The notes under the pieces were generated by a model. The model saw only the letters and a program-made list of their open reading frames with translations, did not search any database and was not told the DNA's origin. Made by a program: the position numbers and the translations under genes. A stretch of 64,000 bases of DNA from Gnetum montanum (lineage: Eukaryota > Plantae > Gnetophyta): contig MNCI01003374.1 in NCBI GenBank assembly GCA_015680685.1, positions 62,001 to 126,000 of the forward strand. Reading direction: 5' to 3'. This document shows positions 27,217-40,640 of the stretch, piece after piece; the stretch's first letter is position 1, and each line of letters starts with the position of its first letter.

Positions 27217-29640
27217 CTAGTTTAATGATCAAGATCAATGACATTTTAGTGTCCTACTCAGTGCAGGCCATTATAGAGCCACTTGGGTTGCCTGAAACTA
27301 GGGTGAATCTCATTAAGATTTTGATGCAAGCAAATTGTAGCATCATAAAGGAATGGGTTCAACAATGTTATGTTGTCAATCGCAAGGAGTATTGTGCACT
27401 CACACTAGCAGAAAGAATCCATTACAAGATTGCAACCTTTCACCTAAATCCCACGGTGAGGCCTAATAAGATCACTACCTTTTCTACTTATGTGTGTGCT
27501 ACTTTGAGTGGAAGATTCCTGGTCAACCTTCCATGACTAATTTATTTGGAGATAGAGAAGTAATTTAAGGAAAATGAATGTGGCAGGAAGGCACTCCCCT
27601 TTCCATGCCTCAACAAAAAACTATGTCGAAGGGAAGGAACAACCTGCTACACTAATGATGCTATCTGATGCATTCCAACCACTAATTTGGCAAAGATGAT
27701 AAAGGAAAACACTCCTTCAACAATGATCAAAGAAGAGGAGTAGCAACCACTACCTCCACCTACCACTTAGAGGATAGTGTTGAACATTGCTGCAACATCC
27801 TTATGGTTTCGTAAGTACCGAGAACGGCTCTTAAGCGAGCAAGAGCAATAGGCAGGCATGAGTGGTGGACACTCATCTATGTACTGGTCCATTATGAGTT
27901 ACCTAAATAAGGTGGCCTGAATAGTTAGCCTGATGGGGGAAGGTGGATCCATTATCTCTGCCCAATGAATGTAGTTATCTCCAAGGTTGAATCTTAGAGC
28001 TAGAGAGGTAACAATATCTCTATCAAAATAGCAACAACTCCTAGAGGTTTCTAGGAATGTCGTGATCATTTTAATGTGCTTGGAGGAGGGTAAGGGGGCA
28101 AAAATATTGGTGATGCAGTACCAAGGATAAGAAATAGAAGTAGAGGTGGTTGCTAATAGAATTTTCAAAACCCTTAATGCACTTGCAACATCTATACCAA
28201 ACATCACTACACTTAAAGATGTGTAGACATGCACAAGAACCATAAGTGGTAGATTAAGCACAACTTAGCATGAATAATTGTTGGACCGACTGGTAGGAAC
28301 TAGGTAATTGCTTTTGGATGTTTTTAACCTTTTGGATAGTATAAGTTCAACCCGATCGAATCTGTTAGAGGCAAGGGACAAGAATGTTATTTTGGAAGGG
28401 TAACTCGAAATAGCCAATGAGCTAAATGAATGCTTGGCTATAGAAGTTGTTGAACTAAGAGCCCAAATTATCGACCTTGCATTTCCCAACCTAGCATTGA
28501 CAAAAGATAAAGCTCTCAAACAGCTTCACATTAGGTTGAAAGGGGTTGAGGATGCAATGGAGATAGTGGTGTTCTATTAATCCTTGGTAGAGGCCACCCA
28601 ACATAAAATTCAAAAGGCCTTAGATCTAGCCTGCTAGGAAAATGTGCAGCTGATCATAGAAAATCATTACTTATGAAAACATTGATGTGCATAAACAACA
28701 ATTGACTGATTTTATCCATCAACAATAGGAGCAACTAGCTAGGGCAAATATAGAGTTAAGGAGATTGGTAGCTGAGAACATAAACCTCTCCATGAAGGAG
28801 GTTTGTGCCCTTCACTAAAAGACTACAATAGAAGTAGCCACCTCAAAATTAGAGGCTCACAAATTTTAGAGGATAAAAAATCGTTACAGGGACCACGTTG
28901 ACCTATAGAAGGAAATAAATAAGAAACGCATTCAAGTGGTGAAGGCAAAGGTGAATGAGACCCTCCAGTAACTCCAACAAGGAAACAAATTATGGCAGCC
29001 CATTGTTGATGGGATTGATCAATACAATAAAGTTGAAATTTTCCTAAAGGAGTTGTAGATAGAGAAGATGATTGAATATATGGAGCTTACCAACCTTTGA
29101 TATGCAAACTTCGCTATGTTGACTGCCACACAGTTGTGATCAAAACTAGAAAAGTAGGTGGCTAGCTTGTACCTATTGTACAAGGTTGAGTTCAAGCACC
29201 ATAGGGACACCAAGCAAAAGATTGTAGTGAAAAATGTTGAACTCGAGGTTCTCATCAGTAAATACACTACTTAGGGATCCATTGCCAAGGGCCTAGCCAA
29301 AAGAATGAATGACTACCATGAGCTGCAAAATGCAATCAGGGTGTTTAATGTCGAGCCCAAATAGTTCACTGCTTAGTTCATCAACATCAAGGAGTTGTTT
29401 CCATTAATGCCCTATTGTCATTCCAACCCACATTAGTGATGTCGTGTGAACTATTAATGATCCTTACAGAAAGGTGGAGAAGATGAAGACATTACTAGAT
29501 GCCTTTCACCTTCCACTGGAGGTAGCAACTACAGTAGGATAGCCATAGCCTCCTCAGCCACCATGTGTGCTCAAAGTTGGCAAAGATCCTTCGAAGCCTT
29601 AGGAACCTCCACCACCTAGGACTATTTAATCTTCTCAATC
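27217..29640 (+). pseudogene. Element A extra ORF, C-terminal part (plant-transposon-protein-like domain and long coiled coil)
   Basis: IKINDILVSYSVQAIIEPLGLP...CATLSGRFLVNLP*LIYLEI, followed by about 1.3 kb of E/K/L/Q-rich heptad-like decayed coding sequence. Confidence 0.65.
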
Positions 29641-29863
29641 ACCTTAACACCATCAGAGGATGTGTTGTCTATTTTGAGTAGTCATATCATGGTGTTTGAT
29701 TTTATGTCATGAACAACACAAATTTTGTAACAATGTCAATATGTACACTTGGGCACTCAATTTTGTTGTCAGTTTTGTTATGTCAAGAGTTAATCAATAA
29801 TCAAATACCTTCCCAATTTTGTAAAAGAACTCAATGATGAGTTTTCATTTAGTCATGGGGGTA

Positions 29864-30786
29864 TTATGAAGTGTTAAAGAGTTGCATCGATGAGCCCCAT
29901 CAACACAACCCCATTTATGTGATGTTGCCTCATTGACGAGGCCATGTCAATGTAGCGTTTACTACATTTATGAGGCCCTGTCAATGTAGCTCTATAATAA
30001 AGTTTATAAATACATGTTCACCTGCCGTGTTTATGTAGAGGTCTTGTCAGAGTCGTAGTGGAGCTCTTGTAGTTTTTTCATTTGAGAGTTAAAATATTTT
30101 TTCTGAGTGCCTGCAATAGGAGTCAAAAAGTGTACAAATCTTTATTTAAACACTGATATACCATAGCATAGCAGTGTGAACGACAATAAAGACAAGCCTT
30201 TTGATAAACCTTGCAACACTTGGAAATAGAGTAATTATTTATTCATGTATTTAATATTTTATGCAATTTCCCTTAATGTTTTAAGTAATTAAATAATTAA
30301 TTAGGCTAAACTAAGCTAACTTAAGCTAGATTAAGTAGCAATTAATTAAGCACATAAGTACAACCACTTTGAGCATGCGCATGACGCTTGGTGATCCCAG
30401 TAATGCTTAACGTTTGGTAAACCAACAATGTTATACGTGTTCAGGATGTGTACAGAAAGTGGGATTGGATGCTTATGTTAGGATTAGTTAGGTGTAGTTA
30501 GTTAGATTAAATTTAGCAATTAAATCACTTCATGCCTTTCGTCCTTTATTTTAAGCACCCAAAACATAAAACATAAAAATAATAGAAATCATATGCCTCA
30601 ATTACACTTAACCATACCTTTGCATATCAAAAGTGTAATTGAGAAGACAATGAATGACTATTAGGGCAAGTTCACTTCCTAGAGGCAAGTGTACTAGAAG
30701 ACATAGAGTCTACAGAATTTTGCCGAATCATGCATGAATGCTTAGTGATTCATATGGTTGAGCATAGGGGTACTCGTCACTCATCA
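29864..30786 (+). repeat. 3' LTR of element A
   Basis: Preceded by the PPT, ends ctcatca, colinear with 525-1465. Confidence 0.9.
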
Positions 30787-30899
30787 CTAATCAATGTGAC
30801 AATATGAAGAAATACTAGGATCCTAACATGCAAAATAATATACATAAGTAGGTTGAATGATATACTTACAAACAATAAACTTACTAGCCATTAAAAGCT

Positions 30900-31990
30900 T
30901 CTTCTTCTTTCACTCGATAAGTATTTGTTCAATTTTCTTCATTGTAACATCCATTAAAGTGATTTTTGAAACTTTAATAATATTACTATTTCTACCTTTA
31001 TGCTTGATAAGATTTCTCTTTGGTGGCTTCACATTAATAATGGACCATGGACTACTAAGCATCATGCCTTTGCATTACATGGTGTAAGCTTGAAATTTCC
31101 TTCTTTTCATCCCTTAGCATGCATAATTATTGGATTACTTGGTTTGAGTCTCAAACTCTCAATGATATTAATGTTTCTAAAAAGTCTATATTTTTTGATC
31201 TTTTGGATAGTTTTAACAAATGTGTAGATATTCAAGATTCTCATAATGATTTTATTGATTTTTCTTGGATTAATGTCATTAGTCTTTTTTCCATATTGGT
31301 TCAAGATTATGTATACTCTTATTATTTCTAGTACTAATATTTGACCAAGATTCAATTATCATTGGAAGGCTAATCATTATGTGTAATTATAGAAGTTGCG
31401 AATTCAATAGATATGAAATGTCACTACTCCTTCAAAAATTAGACGTTTTCTATAATATTTGATTCATTTTAGTGTTTATGACCTAAGATGTCATTTCTGC
31501 AACATGGAAGATACATTTATCCATTGTTTTTTCTCTTGTCCCCTTACTCATAGCCCTTGGACTTGGTGTACTAGGTATTTACATGGTTTTCAACCAAGAT
31601 TATATAAAGTTTTATTTGATGATACTTTTCAACTTCAAGAATTTCTGCTTCATAGTTGGTGTTACTTCTGTTCTCTTCTTCTTATGCCATCTTGAAGTTT
31701 TGATGTAATGTGGGTTTTCACAGAGATTCTCCAACTAATTATCTTCCTTTATTAGTTCAAGATAACATCATTTAATTGCTAATGCTTTAGCTGAATTCCT
31801 AAATATTTCTCTTTGTAGTTTTCTTTTCTATTATCAAGAAGCCTTAGTAGGAAGTGAAAACCCATTTGGATGCTTCTGAACGAGGGCAAGCTTTGATCCT
31901 TTTCATACCCTAGAGGGGAAGTTTCTTAGGATTAGTTATAAAATGAAAACCTAAAAAGGCATATCCAAAACCATTAGTCCTTTCCTTTTT
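30900..31990 (+). mobile_element. Decayed L1-type LINE 3' fragment
   Basis: zf-RVT-like CHFCNMEDTFIHCFFSC (31459-31695). Its about 150-bp 3' segment (31836-31985) recurs at 35513-35665. Confidence 0.65.
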
Positions 31991-32189
31991 GATTTTTTAA
32001 AGTTTCTCATTTACTTTTATGCTTTTGTACTCTGAATATGAATTTTTATTTTTAATATTTTGTTTGGAGTTTGACATCCTTAGCACTAGTCTAACTCATA
32101 ACTTGGGTGGGTGGTGGGGGGTGGGAGGCCCAAGGGATGTCAAAACCCCAAAATAATTGCAATATAGGTACACCCCATGATATTGAGAC

Positions 32190-32270
32190 TTTATAACTTA
32201 GCATTACCTAGCAAAATTGAGCCCATGACTTCAAACTTTTAAATCAAGAGTCTTACTACTAGGCTAACAC
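32190..32270 (-). mobile_element. tRNA-derived SINE-like repeat copy
   Basis: Reverse complement gtgttagcctagtagtaagactcttg...catgggctcaatt contains decayed Pol III A and B boxes. Related copies at about 81-170, 32495-32576, 34590-34640, 36480-36530, 39095-39160 and 39985-40045. Confidence 0.6.
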
Positions 32271-32494
32271 CTAATTATTAGCTAACTCATAACTAGATGA
32301 TTATATGTACCCTATGATATAGCAAATACAAAATTGTCATAAAAATTAAGTATAATTTTTATAGGGGTGTCAAACCCCAAAATGAATATTGATAGCAAGA
32401 TACATCACAAGCTTAACATTAGGGGGTGTTTGAACCTAAAACATTTTTTTAACAGTATTTCACCTCCCTTTCCCAAAGACATAAGGTCAATTGG

Positions 32495-32576
32495 AAATTT
32501 ATAACTCAGTATTACCCTCTAAAACTGAACCCATAACCTAGAGTTGCCAAATCAATAATCTTACCACTAGGCTTAA
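32495..32576 (-). mobile_element. tRNA-derived SINE-like repeat copy
   Basis: Reverse complement aagcctagtggtaag (A box) ... gggttcagttt (B box-like). Confidence 0.6.
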
Positions 32577-32599
32577 TATTGAGTAGAGAATACCAAAAA

Positions 32600-34490
32600 C
32601 TCATTGTAAAATTGGTTAGTTCCCCTCAAAATATCTTGGTATCCCATTATTTTTTGGTAAGATGAAATTATCTACATGGTAGGATTTAATTCATAAGTTC
32701 AAGAAAAGGTTGACTAATTAGAATGAGAAACTTCTCTCTTAGGTAAGTAGACTTCAATTAATTAAATCAATATCACAAGCTACTCATCTTTACCTTCTTT
32801 TATGTTATAAAGCACTGAATCACTTCTTTTGTCATTGGAAAAACCTAAAAGATCCTTTCACTAGTTGATGAGTGGCGAGATACCCCTACACTCAACCATA
32901 CGAATACGAGCGTAGCACGCGCAATTTGGTCAAACTCCATAGACTAAGTGCCTACACGCCTCATGGAACACTTAAGGTTAATTATTCGTTGTCTTCCCAA
33001 ACTTACTTGTAGTTGTCACGGTGTATGGTTAAGCAAGTCTGAGGTATATGATTTTTATGTCTTTTTATGTTTTATCTCCTACGCTGACAAGGTGAAGGGT
33101 TGAAGAAACTAATTACTAACTTTAACTAATGAACTAAGTCTAAATTANNNNNNNNNNNNNNNNNNNNNNNNNNNNNNNNNNNNNNNNNNNNNNNNNNNNN
33201 NNNNNCATACACAAACTTGTGTTCAGGTACAATGTCTGCTTGAATAAAGATCCGTTCACTCTAGAGTTCCTATTGCGGGCACATGGAAAATATTCTATCT
33301 TTGGAGTGATCAATCTGCTAGAGTTTCACTACGGTCTAAGCCTAGGATGAGAAACAAGGGAGTGCCACCTCTTATTTATAGACTTGGCGGTGCACCGCGA
33401 TATCGCGTACGTGATATTGCGGGGAACGACACGATATCGCGTATGCGATATCGCGAGGGATGCGATATCGCGGCCCCTGCGATATCGCGTCTCATCACTA
33501 GTCCTTATTAAGAGCAAATACTTTTCATTCTATTAACTAGTAGACTATGTGTAAGGACGTTAGTGAAGGTGTTTAGCATGTCAGAGTTCTAAAAAATGTG
33601 AACTTGACTCTTCTTTATTTACTTATTTTTCAATTATATATTGTCAAGAAGCCTTGGGTTAGTATTATGAAGACCAAATGTTTATAGGGTGGTCTCTTAA
33701 TCCATAATGCCCCTGTAGTCTCTCATGTTTTAACAATATGGCATAGCTTTTGAATGTGCTTGAACCTTGTTTTACAATTTTATTCAAAATTTTAGTGGTC
33801 AATTCTATTGGGCTAATTAGGATAGCTATAAAGTGTAGCAGGCATATCATACTTTTTTTCATTATCAAAAAGATTGTTTAAAGAGTACATGATGGCATGT
33901 AGTTGTTGTTCCTAAACATCACACTTTCATGAGCAAGTATCTTTATGTAAAACTTCTAGTCAAAACATTTCTCTACTACAAAGGCCTCATTAACAATGAT
34001 TTTTGTGATAGATGCAAATGTGACAAAGAGATTATTGATCATGCTTTATATATCTACATATCGAATAATGATTTTTGGAATTATTTAAAAAAATTTACAA
34101 GCATTAACATCCACATATCAAGCCTTGTTAATGCCTTTAATCAATGTATTCGTTTGGCCTAGCAAAAGAGAAAAATTAAAGGATTTTTTTGTCACTACTT
34201 TACTACGTATGGTTTGCTCAAAATAGTTTCATCTTCTTGAGCAAAACCATTCATATTTCTATGCTTTTTGACCTTGCTCTCTACAATTGGTTCATGAGAG
34301 TGACCAAAGAACTAAACCATTGAGTACTTGTTTATTTGCAGGGATGTATTTTAATATTTACTTTTTACATCATTGGATGATGGATCTTTTGTCTCATGTT
34401 TTGGATCACCTAGTTCTTATTCAAATGTATTTGACTTATGTAGAATTAAGTTTTTCTTTCTCCTCAAAAAAAGGGAAAAAAGAAAAAAAA
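32600..34490 (+). mobile_element. Decayed 5'-truncated L1-type LINE split by a solo LTR
   Basis: KYLGIPLFFGK...KFKKRLTN*NEKLLS (32629-32740); zf-RVT CDRCKCDKEIIDHAL (about 34005); A-rich tail 34466-34490. Confidence 0.75.
32866..33497 (-). mobile_element. Solo LTR of the element-B Athila subfamily (contains an N gap)
   Basis: TGATGA...TCATCA termini with perfect TSD ctagt on both sides; CpG-intact GATATCGC repeats. Confidence 0.92.
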
Positions 34491-36569
34491 GAATACCAAA
34501 AACAACATGAAAAGTAAAAACTTTACATGGGGAGAGTGTTAGAACTTGAAACATTTTTTTAATAATATTTACCCTAGAGACACATGGTACAATTCGAACT
34601 TTATAACTCAAAATTACCCTCCAGAATTGAATCCATAGCTTAGATGTTTCTTCAATGAGTTGATTTTTGTAGCAAATTTAATATTTCTCTAGTGGATATG
34701 ATGTTTCTCCAATTGATCTAATGATTTTTTTAGTGTATTTAATTTATTTCTCTTTGATTTTTTTCTAGAAAATTTAATTTATATATAATTCTCCTATAGG
34801 GAATTTCATATCACTCCAATTTTCTTCTATTAATGTTGAAATTTCTACTTCTTCTATTGATATAGAGATTTCTGTTGATTATCAAAATATTGATTTATAA
34901 GCTTGTGAATAAATATCTCTGATGACCTTCTTTTAGTAATGTTAATGCATCTAAGACACTTGATTTTGTTCTCCTAGATGATATATATGAATCATTGGTT
35001 GCTAATCTTACAACATAATATATATTTATTCAAAATTTGGGATACTTGCATTATAATCAAGGTCTCACTTTGCAGTTAAATGATGTAATGAAAAAGCATA
35101 GCATTCAAGTTCATCGTGCCAAGTACTATTCTCATTTTTTCCCCCTTGTTTAGTTAGGCAATGCTTTGATGGCACAACATGCCCTAACTATAGGATTCAC
35201 TTATACATAAGCATGTAGTGCTAATCATTTGCAAGGGGGCTCTAGATTTTGATGTCCATTCTAAAGAATATTCTAAAGTTTCATGCTTTGTTAAGGTATT
35301 TTATATTCCATTGATTTTTTAAAAAGTTGAACAAGAAATTGTTCTGGTCCCATTAAGCATATGTAATCTATTTCTGCAACATTTAGTTTTCATAGATGCT
35401 TTTTGTTTTGGATGCTCAAGGATTAGAAGATTGCAGCATTTGTTGCTATTTATTGTTTATCTCTGATTGATGTATTCTTTCTTTTTAGAGAGAGTTTTCT
35501 TATTCTCTTTACAAGAAATCCTTCAGTAAGAAGTGAAAACCTGTGAGGGCAATTCTGAATAAGGGCAAGGCCTAATCCTTTTCCTACCCTAGAGGGGAGG
35601 TTTTTTGGGATTGGTTGTAAGGATGAAAACCTAAAAAAGCATCCCCAAAACCATTGGGCTTTTTCTTTAGATTCTCTCTTTTTTAAATATTATTATTCAT
35701 TTTTTGCTTTTATGTCAAAATCAATCTTCTTACTTGTAAAAAGAAATTAGTATCAAAAGTACGTGGGAAGACTTATATTTAGTCAATTACATGTTATAAC
35801 TTTCATAATTTTTGCAACTTTTGTCATCGTGAAGTATATTTCTTTAATGCTTATCATTTTTTGCCAAAAAATGCCAAAGAAAAGAAAATACATGTTGAAG
35901 TTGAAGATAGTAAAAGAAAACAATCTAAAGTTGAAAATATGAAAAGTTAAGTTATTGCTAATAATAAGAATGATCCAATGACAATAAAGAAACTAGAGAA
36001 AGCATAAGCATTTGTGAATATTTTTACTAGTATTACAAAAAGTATTAATAGATTCAACGTATTACTTGTTTGACAAATTTTTCCTTAATTGACATGAATA
36101 TTGTTAAATCAAAGATTAAAACTCATGTTGACATGTGGACTATACCTCACGGTAAAGACTCTTAATGGATAATAAATCATGATGGAAAATTTGTGGCATA
36201 ATTTTCTACTGGATATGTTTTTTTTGCAAAAGTTGGTATTTTACCAAAGCTTTCTATTGTTACCTTGAATTTTTTTGCTATTTTAAGTTCAAGGACAAAT
36301 CTTAATTTTTCAAAGCATTATTTGTAAGGCTGTACACCTGAGTAGAGATCCTTGAAATTGGAAATTTTTTCTTGACTTGTTTTTCATGTTTACTAGTTAG
36401 TGTTAAGCATTTAATATACTTTAATTTTTTTCTTATTATTAATAATATTTTTAGAGTTTGACACCCTCAAGAATCTAGAAACTTCAATTTATAGATTCAA
36501 TTCTAGATAATACTAGGTTACAAAATTCTTATTTAACTATATATCTATTATAATACCTTACTCATAACA

Positions 36570-37186
36570 ATATTGCCGTTCCAAAATTGAAAACTCTCTT
36601 CATTGTTACTTTGAAATGAACCTTAATCTTTCACACGCTTATCATCATCATTCTGGCCCTTTCTCTCTTAACAAAATGATTTCCTTTACGCTACTCACTG
36701 AATATTGCCGAGCCTATTCTAATATGCCAGGGACCGTCAGTATCCGCCAATGTTCCAACGGCCCCAGCATGACGAACTTACTTTGGCGCCCATACGATAT
36801 TTTCCTCTGCTTTTTACTATCACAAAGCATCTCTGTAGCCCTTGCCACCGATGCTTCTTCGAAACCAATAGCGAAGCAGCTGTTTAACGTATGAATCCCA
36901 TTAGGCACATCAAACTGCAGAGCTACCATTTAATCATTGTCGGAGTTTTCACACACCCAGTAAATGATTTGAGTAGTAGTAAGGAGTAGCAAGATATGGA
37001 ATTTTAAATTACTCTGGTTGATGGGTTGTTCCTTTCTCAAGAACCGCCGGAGTAAAGCTGCTTGTTTCAGGCAAACGAGATCGCCTTAGGACGATAAATT
37101 TGTAAGTTTGCCCGTTCTTCGATTTACAGTATCTTCTTATCCGTCAACTGACGTTGGGTAGCAGCGTTTGACAAGAGAAGGCCACG
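36570..37186 (+). promoter_or_regulatory. CpG-retaining promoter/5' UTR region of TBCB
   Basis: Abrupt abundance of CG dinucleotides compared with CG-depleted flanks, immediately upstream of the ATG. Confidence 0.5.
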
Positions 37187-37288
37187 ATGACATCGAAGTT
37201 GCAAAATGTGGGTGACGAAAGTTTCCTTTGCGTGGTCACACACTCGAACCTAAAGAATTTCCGCAGTGAGATGAAGTTTTCTCTGCAG
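37187..37288 (+). CDS. TBCB: Tubulin-folding cofactor B, exon 1
   Basis: MTSKLQNVGDESFLCVVTHSNLKNFRSEMKFSLQ|gtgcgt; matches the plant TFCB ubiquitin-like N-terminus. Confidence 0.92.
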
Positions 37289-38142
37289 GTGCGTCCTATG
37301 CCATATTCTAACTCTCTTAACGAAAACAATCATGATCCACAATTTTAATATCACGAACAAGTAGCTTCGATTAAATTGGGCGTGTTTAAAGCTTAGTTTT
37401 CGATTCATGGTTTACTGTTCCGTTACGGGGAGAGAAGCAACCATTGGTTGGAGTTTTGAGATTTTTTTCTCTAATGTTTCACAAGGTCTCTGCTGACGTT
37501 TTATGTTTTTGCATGCTGTTTCTTCCTGTTCTTCAAGAGAAATGAATTGTCTCATGTCAATTTTAATCGCAGCTAGCCTGCATTGTTGCTAGTTCGAAAG
37601 ATTGATTTCCCCCGTTTTTTCAAGTCTTGAGACGTAGGAGAACTCGAATGAAAATGTTTTTTGTGAGATTTTGATAATAACAGCAATTTAGTCCTCGAAA
37701 TTTTCATTGTGGTGTATAAGATTGAAATTATCCGAACTTGTGAACTAAGTGTGAATAGAAATTATCCTAACGTGTGAACTAAATGTGACTAGTGGAGTAG
37801 GAATATCTGCAAATTATGGAGGAAGATGATAAATCGGCAGAAGGGTTTTACTACTGGACAAGAGACGGTTACGCAGTTATATACCTAGTTAATATTATTA
37901 AATGGTTATTTGAATTTTATTTTGAAGATTTTCGCAAAGGAATGTTCCTTTACCTACACACTCTGAATGATTTATTCTTGTTCATGGAATTTGTGCTAGC
38001 CAATGAAAATGTGTTTGATAATGTTTTCAGAACTTAACAAGAAATTTATTGGTGATAGTGTGATTCAACGTATCAACCGCTGTTTTTTCATTATAGATGT
38101 ATAATAATACCTATCTTTGTTGCAATATTTTTGTTTCCGCAG

Positions 38143-38294
38143 TCTACAGTTGCAGCAATAAAAGAGAGACTTTGGAAAAATTGCGGAACTACAGTTGATT
38201 TCATGGTTCTTCAATTATTTGATGAGAGTAATCAAAAGGTGTGTGACCTGACAGATGATTCAACACAGTTAGGATTTTACTCTCCCCATGATGG
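38143..38294 (+). CDS. TBCB: Tubulin-folding cofactor B, exon 2
   Basis: cag|STVAAIKERLWKNCGTTVDFMVLQLFDESNQKVCDLTDDSTQLGFYSPHDG|gtaagt; phases 0 and 2 fit the neighbouring exons. Confidence 0.95.
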
Positions 38295-38631
38295 GTAAGT
38301 TCCCTTCTTGTATTGACATAAATTTCCTTTTAAATAATCAAAATGTCTGGCTAAAGCTCAAGTTCACCTCAATTATGCAATGTGTCTTTCCGGATCTCAT
38401 GTGTAGAGATGGGGTTTGTGAATGGTAATTGTTATAGTCATAAGATATGTTTTTAGACACCATGTAATATTCTAATTTATTGATATGTGGTGATGTATGG
38501 ATTTTTATTTTGAGCAGTTTCCCAGGTAGCTGCAGTTGTTGTTAGTCTAAAAGAACCTCAGTCATGCTGATTATTTAAACGCTGAAGACATCCTTAAGAC
38601 TGTATCAACACTACGGCCATTCTAGAACCTA

Positions 38632-39077
38632 AACTTCACATTGTTCACTTGTATCAATGAATGTTTTTGATGCTCTAAAATCTAACAGTAATGGTTAAAT
38701 ATATGGTACACAAACAAACAAATATGCCTATGTCCTGTCTCTGTTTGGATACAGATGAAAAGAAGCACAAGATCTTCAGTGTCTTGGATAATGCAATAGG
38801 CTGTGAAATTTGTTCTATCTATTAGATGATATTTGGTCATGAATGGTATCTTAATGAACTTCATCTTGTTCACTTGTATCAACAAATATTTTTGATGCTT
38901 TAAAATCTAACAGTAATGGTTAAATATAGGGTACACAAACAAACATATATGCCTATGTCCTGTCTATGTTTGGATACACATAAAAAGAAGCAACAGATCT
39001 TAAGTGTCTTGGATAATGTAATAGGCTGTGAAGTTTGTTTTATCTATTATATGATATTTGGTCATGAATGGTATCCT
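38632..39077. repeat. Intronic tandem duplication, about 225-bp unit, 2 copies
   Basis: 38632-38856 aligns end to end with 38857-39077 with scattered substitutions. Confidence 0.9.
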
Positions 39078-40123
39078 AAAAATGAAATGGTATGGGTCTT
39101 AGCCTGGTAACGCCAGGTCACAAATTCAATTCTACCAGGTAGCACTAAGTTATAAACTTCTATAAACCTTGGGGTGTCCCTGTGTTTCAATTATTTCGGG
39201 TTCCAACACCCCTAAAATGATTTTCTTTTTTGAATTCTTGTTGGTATCTTCCTCAGTGGTTCCAATTAACCACAACAGCAGCTAGCTCTGTTTGTTCCAG
39301 CATGTCCTTTGTATCATGTTAAGCTTTGCTCTCAATGATTTCCGTGCAAGATCTTTTTTATGATATGGAATTCACTTTACTTCTAACTGCTTTTCAGAAG
39401 TGGATATTGTATGTCTAGCTGTGAGTAATTTCACCTCCAAATTATTCATCCTTAAGCATTTGCTTTTGTGATGTGATGCTTTATCCTTTCATTATTCAAA
39501 CATGCACCAAGAGTGGTAGAGGTGATATTTACCTGAATTAGTTGTAATCATTTAAGTGCTTTCCTCTCTTGGTTCTCATGTTCATGTTCAGTTGAGAACA
39601 GTTGCTTCATTGCATATCCACCAATAGAAATATATGCCTTGTCACCCAATCAAATGCGATCTTCACATAGTTGCAATGAGAGCTTTGGTGATGATAATGA
39701 AATGTTAGGCTCAATAAATTCTATAATCTAATATCATTTAGACTTGTTTAATAAGTACTCATTCCTGAATAAATGTCTGTGTAGATGCTTTGATTGAATA
39801 AAAATTTTAGTTCATTCATTTACTATAGAAGTTCATGACAAAGGATTGGGACCACTTGGATGGTTTTTACAATTTGTTGCATTATTGTTAGATTGGTTGC
39901 TTATGTGATGGACAGTTGATCATGTTTCTTATAAATGTGGAAGATCCCAATAAACGTTTGGTTGCACTCTAATCTAACAATGAGGTGTTAGCTTGGAACC
40001 CCAGGTCATAGGTTTGATTCCACTTGGTAGCATAGAATTATAAATTTCAAAAAAATTCTTTACAAGGAATTCTAAAACTGGTCCAATAGATCCAAAGGGT
40101 CTCAGTGGATGTAAGTTAAAAAT

Positions 40124-40640
40124 GTCAGTTTCAGTTTCATTATTAAAAGAGAAACTCATGTGGACTGAGACCTTGAGAATCTATTGGGTAAAGGAAATGT
40201 TTAAGGCATAAGCTTTAAAAATTTCATCAATAAAGTTACCGAGCATTCTTGGTATAATTTGCAACAAATCAAATAGACATGGGTATAGATGCTTCCTTTC
40301 TTGCTATCCAAATAGACATGCTTCTTTCCTTCAGTGTTCTCCCAAATTTTTGAGGTGTCTTCTGTCTTCTGCTCTATAATTTTTAATGAACTATGTGGGA
40401 TTAAAATTAAAGTTTTGCTTGCAAATATACCATGTTTGAAGGTACGTGATTTCCTGGTGGAACCAGCCTTGATTTTGAGTTTCATGAAGTACCCTTTTTG
40501 AAAGTTTATCAACAATGGCATGAGCAAGTTTGTGGTCATAGGCCACAAACTGACCCATATTTTCTACCTCCAAAGGTAACAACACAACTTCTAAGGGTAG
40601 AATATCATACTGGGTTTGTTATTTCACCTTAAAATTTTCT
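40124..40640 (-). mobile_element. 3' fragment of the RTE/RTEX-like LINE family
   Basis: TQYDILPLEVVLLPLEVENMGQFVAY resembles TQCDIMLFEVENMP*EVKAIC*VIAY at about 51078; ends in a (gaaact)n tail. Confidence 0.55.

Larger units (their letters stand above)
525..30786 (+). mobile_element. Element A: full-span decayed Athila-type Ty3/gypsy LTR retrotransposon carrying nested insertions
   Basis: Paired LTRs 525-1465 and 29864-30786; TSD ctgat/ctaat (1 mismatch); tRNA-Asp-like PBS after the 5' LTR; PPT catgggggta before the 3' LTR; gag-PR-RT-RH-INT order. Confidence 0.9.

Noticed and set aside
32495-32576. Functional tRNA gene
   Set aside because: Pol III boxes are decayed, no clean cloverleaf is visible, and there are multiple divergent copies; SINE-like instead.
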